Origin: the human T2T-CHM13v2.0 reference genome, Homo sapiens
Length of the DNA: 64,000 bases
Direction: 5' to 3' (one strand)
Assembly (NCBI RefSeq): GCF_009914755.1
Contig: NC_060934.1
Under the pieces are notes generated by a model. The model ran no database searches and was not told the DNA's origin. It worked only from the letters and a program-made list of their open reading frames with translations. Below are positions 1 to 64,000 of this stretch, piece by piece. Each line of letters starts with the position of its first letter. The stretch's first letter is position 1. The translations under genes were made by a program, and so were the position numbers.

Positions 1-13
1 AGCCTGACTGTAA

Positions 14-47368
<47,355 letters not shown>

Positions 47369-47523
47369 CAGAAGGCCCCATGGGTTAGAAAAGGACTATA
47401 AGAATAATTTCTTATTTAATTTTATTTTTTATAAAATACAGAATACATACAAAAGTGTGTATAAAATGTACGTTTTAAAAAAGGATAAGTGAACACCCAT
47501 GAACCTACTACCCAGGTTAAGAA

Positions 47524-47529
47524 AATAAA
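47524..47529 (+). terminator. Candidate proximal ABCC2 polyadenylation signal
   Basis: AATAAA about 155 nt after the stop codon. Confidence 0.5.
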
Positions 47530-49568
47530 TGTCACCAGGTACTTGAGAAACCCCTCGATTGTCTACCTCGATCGTACTTCCTTGCTACCCACCCCTCCCA
47601 GGGACAACCACTGTCCTGAATTTCACGATAATTATTCCTTTGCCTTTCATTTCTGTTTTATCACCTTTGTATGTATCTTTAAACAACATATACCCTTTTT
47701 TACTTATGTAAATGGACTGACTCATACTGCATACATCTTCTATGACTTGATTCTTTTGTTCAATATTATATCTGAGATTCATCCATGGTGATGCAAATAG
47801 GTGCATTATTTTTTTTCACTGCTCTGTAGTCTGGCATTGTATGAATACAGCACAATGTATCAGTTTTAATATTGGGGATCATTAGCATTATTCTCAGGTT
47901 TTTAAAAATTATAAGCAGTACTACTATGGACATTCTGGTCTACATCTCCTGGCACATATGTAAGAGTTTCTCTAGGGTATAACCTAGGAATGGAGGGTAT
48001 GAACATGTTTACATGCACAAACTAGCTGATGCCAAACTGGTAATGCCAACTGAAAACATTGCTGTCAATCTGATGAATATGAATTGATGTATCAATGAGA
48101 ATTTCATTTGCATTTCCCTAGTATCTATTGGGGATGAATATATTTTCATGTTTCTGGGGCATTTGCATTTCCACTTGTTTTTTAAATATTGTGTCTGATA
48201 ATTCCAATGTCTGGATTCTTTGTTTATCTGTTGTTTCTGTTGGTTTTTACTCATGGTATTTTATTTCCTTGTATGTCTTGTGAATTTTTATTATAAGCTT
48301 GTTCTCCTTAAAACTTTATCTGTGGACATTCTTTGAGGCCTAAGTTGACCGTGAATTCTTCCTAAGGGAATTGGGAATGCTTTAGCCTGCTGCCTGGGGC
48401 ATTACCCAGAACCTCTTTGAATGAAATTCTTCACTAAGGGGTTTCAAACCACAGTGCAACTTCAGACCACAATCCTGTACAAGAGCCAGCTTGTGATTTA
48501 CAAATTCTCCAGGGAAAGTGACAGGTTGGAGATAGGCATGGGGTTTTGTTGTTGTTCTTGTTGACTCCTGCATTCTGCATGGCAGGACCTAGGCCTCTTT
48601 ACCTGTACATTGCAGGTATAACCCTTTCATGACACAGGTTCATCAGAGGGTTTTAGTCTGCACTGTGGCAGACCTTGGCTTTATCTCTTGCCTTGACCTC
48701 CTACATTATCAACAAAGTGAGAGTTTAAGATCTCCTGGGCAGGAGATTTCAGAAGCCAGCCTAAGTTTTGGGCCTTCCTCACCTCCTAGGGCCTTTGTGT
48801 CAGGTTCTTTTGGGTTCTTCATATTCCTTACCTCCCTTTCAGTGATGTTATGATAAAGATTTTGATTTATTCAGCATTTCACGGTCTGTTTAGTGAGGTG
48901 CTTAACATTGAACTTCTGAAATGAAGGGCATATAGCTAGTGTAAGCATACCTCTGGTTTGCCCTGAATAGTTATGGGTTACATCTGTTTTCCCAAAACAA
49001 TAATAGCTCCCCCTTTCACACACGCACAAAAATTGTCTCATTTGTATGATAAACTTGTGTGCCTCCTACACATAGCCCTGTGAATTCGATTTTGAATCAC
49101 AGCATGGATGGAGATCAACAAAGTTGTATAGATATTGAAGTGTTGGCTGGGGGGGGCGCTATTCATGGAGAATCCCCTCCTTAATTCTGCAAACCAGATC
49201 TAGTACATTGTGAATATTCTATAATCATTGGCTATTTTTTACAGCTAGCTTTTCAGATCTATACCTGCTTATGTACATGAAATGTAGCTCCTGTAAATTG
49301 CAGATTAGTGTATATTAATCTAAGATGCCATCAACTGTAAAATACCTGTTATTTTCTATACCACGAAGAAAGGATACTGCCAATTAAACTTTGGTATGCA
49401 TTGTTGGTAAAATGCATCCTATTTGTGGAAAAAAATTAGCATTTTAAGATTAATACAATACAATACCTGTAAAGCTCTATAAGAGCTAAGTCATGTCCTT
49501 TATTTCTGCTATTGATCCTTGTTCTTTTTTCCTGATTGTTCCAGTCTGTATTGCTCTTTTAATCCAAT

Positions 49569-49608
49569 ATCATCGTCATCATCATCAGCATCATCATCAT
49601 CATCATCA
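49569..49608. repeat. (CAT)n microsatellite
   Basis: Visible trinucleotide run. Confidence 0.85.
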
Positions 49609-50102
49609 CTTCCCTTATCTCTTTTTCTCAACTATTTCACTGCTAGGTAGCTAACTACTGTTTTTACCATCTATTCTTTCTAATCATTAGAATTTCAAAA
49701 AACTGCTTTTTCCTTTTTTTTAGTGGTGTTTTTAAAATTTATTTATTTATTTTTTAGTGTTTATTTTGAAAGCACATTCCATACACGCGTACTTTCCAAC
49801 TTGCTTCTTAAATGAGTTTTTAGATATAGAGCATTTAGAGGGGCAGGAGGAACTTTGGAAAACAAAGGAACTATTTACGCTGACTGCAGAAGCCAGAGAA
49901 ATGCAAGCTAGGTAAAGCACCAACAGTAAAAGTGAAACTAAAGGAGAAGCCTGATATTTTCTCAATTTGTTTCTCAAACAAAATGGTCCAGGCTGATGTC
50001 GATATAGTTATCACCAGAGAACTTTGAAGATTATCAGCCATCACTTATTTATTTAGCTTCCAGTAAATGTCTGACACTGTGCCAAAAATTTTTTAAAAGC
50101 TA

Positions 50103-50426
<324 letters not shown>

Positions 50427-51403
50427 CTAAATAAAGATTACTTTCCATTGTGGCCTAATTAATAACCCTTTCACAAGCTTTATTTCACTTACCGATTTCA
50501 GGGACAATTTTAGATAACTACCTAAAACCTATACATTCCCAAATTCCACCATATCTTCACTGTTTTTCACTGATCTTTTGGGCACTTTCTGTGCCCTTCC
50601 CAATTCTTCTGGGTGCATGGAATCATAGTGTTCAGAAGTAAAGGTGCCTATGCCCATCGTTAGGCTACTATCTCTCAGTTTCAAACCTACCCTTTTAGAT
50701 TTTGCTCTGTGATGCTGGGACTTATAAGTCTCATTTCTGCTTTGCCAACTATTCCTATTAAGTTCTGACAATAGGAGGTGCTGGAGGGACACTGGACGCA
50801 GCCTGGATGAGGAAGAAAACGTGCTCCTTCTCGTTGGCTCTGTTGCTATTAGCATCACTCTAACAGTTTCTCTGCAGCAGCAGTTCTCACAAGTAGCCAC
50901 ATTGATTTTAGTTTGCAGTTTTTCAACATTCACAGAAAGTGTCGTCAGGCCCAAAACCAACACCAGCTGAGCAGCGTCCCCTTTTTCAGAAGCAATAAAC
51001 AGACTGAAAGAAAACAAACTAATTTTACATTGATACATTGGCACAAACAGGAAGAATAAGTCTATAAAAATATAAAGAATAAACCTATAAGAATAAACCA
51101 TCAGGCCTACATTTCTGGCAGAATAATTTTGCATAAGCACTTTTGGAAACATCCTCAGAATAAATTTGTCCTGTTTATATAATAGAATGAGAATACATTT
51201 AACCACAAATGCATACCGATCATGAATTTATTTTAGAATTAGCAAACAATATTGTACAAACATTGGTATTTAAATCTCTAAGCTCCTGCAACTTAGATTT
51301 AGTTAGCAAAGACTATATTCTACTCTGAGTTTGGTCTTCCACATGGACTAGACACTAGACTGGTTTTTTGAAAGGTTTCATATTGTTCGAAAATACCATA
51401 AGT

Positions 51404-51720
<317 letters not shown>

Positions 51721-52293
51721 TCATAAGTAAAAGATTGTAAAAATGCATAAAACAATTGGCTGTAAAAAGCACTCCATTGTCATAGCCCTCCTTTTAATTT
51801 CATATGCAAGTAGTTAGTTATGCTGTAGAATTTAACTGTTACAATATAAAAAGCAACTATTTATGGAAAAAGTAGAAAAAAGGAGAAAATGGCCAGGTGC
51901 AGTGGCTCACACCTGTAATCCCAACACTTTGGGAGGCTAGGCAGGAGGATCATTTGAGCTCAGGAGTTCAAGACCAGACTGGGAATATATGTATGGCAGT
52001 GTTTCTTTAAGGTAAATGAACATAAAAATAGAGTTTCAGGAAGAGAAGAAAAACTAGGCTAGTTTGGTTCTTACTGAATTTTGAAAATGAACTACAATAG
52101 AGCTCCTTCTTCAATTCTAACAATCAAGGCCTTGGTCACCATATTGGTAATCTCTTGATTAATCCTCTTGATTCTCACTTGATTTCCATCTGGCGATTAT
52201 GCCTGACAAACACTATCACGGATTTCGGATCCATCTGCCCTGTTCCTTGGCAGCCATCTTTGGGACAATTACTTGCTGCTCAAGCCTGGAGAC

Positions 52294-52515
52294 CAGGGTT
52301 GTCCAATCTTTTGGCCTCCCTGGGCCACACTGGAAGAAGAATTGTCTTGGGCCACATATAAAATACACTAACACTAATGATAGCTGATAAGCTAAAAAAA
52401 AAAAAATCGCAAAAAAAATCTGATTATGTTTTAAGAAAGTTTACAAATTTGTGGTGGGCCACATTGAAAGCCATGGGCCACATGCGGCCCACAGGCCATG
52501 GGCTGGACAAGCTTG
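52294..52515. mobile_element. MER30-like hAT element
   Basis: CAGGGTTGTCCAATCTTTTGG...GGCTGGACAAGCTTG; degenerate 8-bp TSD CTGGAGAC/CTATAGAC. Confidence 0.8.
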
Positions 52516-52897
52516 CTATAGACACTCGTTCTTCTCTGGGAAACAACTTGGTTGTCAGGAGATTGTGGATAGCACTGGTTGTACTATTAGCTCTGGTCAC
52601 AGGTATTGCTCTTGATACCTGGTGCTAAACAATAGCTTTGCCTGGCTGCTTCTTTTTTAGTGCTCATCTGCGGACACCTGTGGTCTGGTTTGTCAGGGTT
52701 TGCATTCTGGTAATATAAAGGTACCTTCTGGTATAATAAATATTTGCCTGGTTGACACAATTATTAGGTCCAATCTGTAAACCAATTACTCTTTGGCCAG
52801 CTTTTCATTGTCCTTAATCCAACAGTCTAATTTCTCTGCAAACTTGACTCCAATGTTAATGGTTGAACAGAATTCTTTTATTTTAGTTGGACCTAGA

Positions 52898-53096
52898 GTA
52901 GGGGTATGGCTCTAGGGCCAAATTTGCCCTGCTACCTGTTTTTGCACATAAAGTTTTACTGGAACACATCCATGCTCCTTTGTTTCTTTGCCATCTGTGC
53001 CTGCTTTCATGTTACAATACAGAGTTGAGGAATTGGCCCACAAAGCCTAAAATATTTACTATCTGGCCCTTTAAGAACAGGTTTGCTGACCACTGC
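52898..53096. mobile_element. MER58-like hAT element
   Basis: GGGCCAAATTTGCCC...AAAATATTTACTATCTGGCCCTT...TTTGCTGACCACTG, flanked by CTAGAG. Confidence 0.7.
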
Positions 53097-53158
53097 TCTA
53101 GAGCCACCAATGTAGCCTGGACTGGGTCACGATTCCATGCTCAAAAAGACTATTTGCT

Positions 53159-53461
<303 letters not shown>

Positions 53462-53496
53462 CTATTTGCCTTTAAAATGTCATGTGGCTTCACACC

Positions 53497-53980
53497 TGTG
53501 ATAGAATAATGGTCCTCAAAAATGTCCACATCCTAATCCTCAAAGCCTGTGAATATGCCACCTTCCCTGGAAAAAAGGACTTTCACTGATGTGATTAAGT
53601 TAAGGGTCTTCAGATGGGGAGAGCACCGTGGATTGGCCAGGTGGGCTCAATGTAAACACAGCGTTCTTATAAAAGAGGCAGGACAGTCGGAGTGAGAGCG
53701 TGCTGCGATGACGGATGGAGTGAGACAGTTGAAGGTGCCACGCTGCTGGCTTTGAAGATGGAGGGAGTGGCTGCAAGCCAGGATATGCAGACCTTAGGAA
53801 TCGGAAAAGGTAAGGAAATGAATTCTCCCCTGGAGCATCCATGAGGAACCAGCCCTGCCAACACCTTGACTTTAGCCCGGTGAGACTAATTTTGAATTCT
53901 GACCTCCAGAATGCTGACATAAATTTGTTTTCAGCCACTAAATTTGTGGTAACTTGTTCCAGCAATAGGAAACTAATAAA
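53497..53980 (+). mobile_element. MLT1-type MaLR solo LTR
   Basis: TGTGATAGAATAATGG...GATGTGATTAAGTTAAGG...TTTGTGGTAACTTGTT...GGAAACTAATA. Confidence 0.75.
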
Positions 53981-55605
53981 AGTAAGCCCAGGTAGCTGTG
54001 ATAAAACTGCCACAGTTCTTCAGCTAAAGTCAGTTTAATGACAATTCATGGATCTTCTTCATTAAATCCCACTGTAGTTTGAGTATGTAGAGGGTCATGC
54101 TGCCTTTTAAGCCCAGCTAAAAGTTGGTTGCAATACTCGTGCCTGGCATCCCTTCTATCAAATTGCAAAAATCTTATTCAGTTTGAACAGAGTTGCGGGT
54201 ATTTTCTTGGTCTCAACTGAAGGCTGTAGTGAGGGCTCTTGTCAAAGTGAGTCCTGTTTTTGACGACAGCAGATTGAGAATTTCTCACCCTCAGCTTTCC
54301 TAATTCTGGACCTCTGGGGTGGTTGCTGTGAGAAATGCTTGGTGAGATGCCGAGGTGTGGCGGTTCACAGGCATTGCTGTGTGCCGTGGTCCTGCTCCGT
54401 CTAAGGACCTGTCAGGGTGGCTGCAGGGTCTCACCCACCTGACTGCTCCCCAGAAATGTTTCCAGAATGAATACATTGCCGAGACTCTAACCAGAGGCTT
54501 GCTCCCTTCCACCACCACCCCACAGCCTATCGCTGGGAAGGCACTAATTCTGCCCCTCTCTGCTTGAGGGTCATCTCTTGAGTGTTAAGGCGTAGGTATC
54601 CCTATGTAGCTTGCAAAATCTGCAACTTGTGGAAAACTCCTTTCTTGACATATGTAAAATACTAATGCTGACCTGCACCAACAATTGCAGCAAAGTTCTA
54701 GCAGAGGCTGTGGGACATAAGCCAGGGGCTCAGACAGATCGGAGTCCACTGCCCCTGCTCTGAAGCACTGGGTGATCTGCTACACATGGCAAAGGTAAAA
54801 CCGTGAAGACTTCAGCAGTATCATGTACCACCAGGCGGGAGAGTTTAATGCCCCGTGAGTTATGTGGCGACCAGAGAGGGGATTTAGCATGAAGTATTTA
54901 AAGCTGGAGGTTTCTCGGTCCTCAAGCATAAGGTTCTGCAAATGAAACACAGTTCAGAGCACAACTGTTAAGGCCCGTTTGTACTCCTGACCCTGAACTA
55001 ACACCCTCATCAACAGAATCCAAGCTTCACAATTAACTAAAATGGGGTGACACAAAATTCAATCCTTATTGAAACTGAGCTCCTCTGGAGCTCACATTTC
55101 ATGAAAGTTTGTGGACATCATCTCACTGGATTCTCACATCTCATTGGATCTGTTCCTGAGAGGAAGAGATATCTATACACAATAATCAGAGGGGAGGCCC
55201 CATATCTATGTTTACACGATAGGTTCCCACCATCAGTCCCTGTCGTGGGACTCGTGGATGAAAGCACAACTGAAGAGCTATTTCCAGACAGAAGGGGAGA
55301 AAAATCAGGAGGTAAGCCAGCAAGCTGGATTTAAGAATTTTCTTTGACATTTCCTTCTAGAGTGTCTGAAACATCTGACACCCTCTCCTTCCTTGGTTTT
55401 TGTAAATTCTACTTTTCTGACAGCAAAAAGTCCTACTTTAAAAAGTTGTCTAAACAGGTGCTTCTCAAACTTTAATGTGCACACAAGTCACCTGAGGATC
55501 TTGTTAAAATAGACTTTGATTCAGTAATGCTGTGGAGGTGGGCCCCTTGCAGTTCCAGCGAGCTCACAGGTGGTGGCGATGGCAATGCTGCCGGCCTAGA
55601 GACCA

Positions 55606-56275
<670 letters not shown>

Positions 56276-56446
56276 TTATCTCCCTTGTGCCTGTGATTCC
56301 ATTATTCAGTTTCATATTTTTGATAGATGCTGATTTTTTTCCATTCTCAATCTTATGCCCGAATCAGTTGATTTCTTTTCCCCATTCATTGGCTTTTCCT
56401 GCCTTTGGTCTGTTCTCCCTCCACAGCAGCCTGTTGCTATTTAGCA

Positions 56447-56693
56447 CTTTTTTTTTTTTTTTTTTTTTTTTGAGATGGAGTCTTACTCTGTTGCCCAGGC
56501 TGGAGTGCAATGGCGTGATCTCGGCTCACTGCAAGCTCCGCCACCACTACGCCCAAATAATTTTTTGTATTTTTAGTAGAGACGGCGTTTCACCATGTTA
56601 GCCAGGCTGGTCTCGATCTCCTGACCCCATGACCCTCCCACCTCGGCCTCCCAAAGTGCTGGGATTACAGGCATGAGCCACCATGCCTGGCTG
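56447..56693 (-). mobile_element. Alu with internal deletion
   Basis: Antisense Alu lacking part of the right arm. Confidence 0.8.
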
Positions 56694-56829
56694 CTATTTA
56701 GCTTTCTTAAAACAGGTCATCCCCTTAAAAACTTATGGGAGTTGATTACCTGACTCCTCAAATTGAAATTCCTTGATTTGGACCTCAAACCTCTCCAATG
56801 TATTGTTTGTGTCAGACAATGTTGTAGCA

Positions 56830-59145
<2,316 letters not shown>

Positions 59146-59192
<47 letters not shown>
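59146..59192. repeat. (TG)n microsatellite
   Basis: Visible run. Confidence 0.9.

Positions 59193-64000
<4,808 letters not shown>

Noticed and set aside
50529-51206. 225-aa minus-strand ORF
   Set aside because: Non-ATG start, no recognisable domain or splice context; probably spans old repeat sequence.

Overview
Human genomic DNA containing the 3' two-thirds of ABCC2 (MRP2) on the + strand: 22 GT-AG exons (exons 11-32, 308..47368, stop TAG) plus about 16 kb of repeat-rich downstream sequence. Intron 19 holds an antisense HERV-K(HML-2) type 2 provirus (15746..23134, CACCTG target-site duplication) with two unusual features. (1) Its 5' LTR is replaced by a 241-bp U5-U5 palindrome ending exactly at the TSD, which looks like a fossil of self-primed minus-strand strong-stop DNA that was then integrated. 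(2) Most of env is missing, with a junction that matches splicing from a cryptic env donor to the rec/np9 acceptor, leaving an intact 214-aa Env/Rec fusion ORF. Intron 25 holds an antisense SVA_F1 (32607..36737, 13-bp TSD) with MAST2 exon 1, an AluSc and about 186 bp of extra 5'-transduced DNA, followed by an AluSp and an AATAAA suited to 3' transduction. Also present are many Alus, L1s, DNA transposons, microsatellites, a strong CTCF motif and a possible decayed BEN-domain ORF downstream of the gene.
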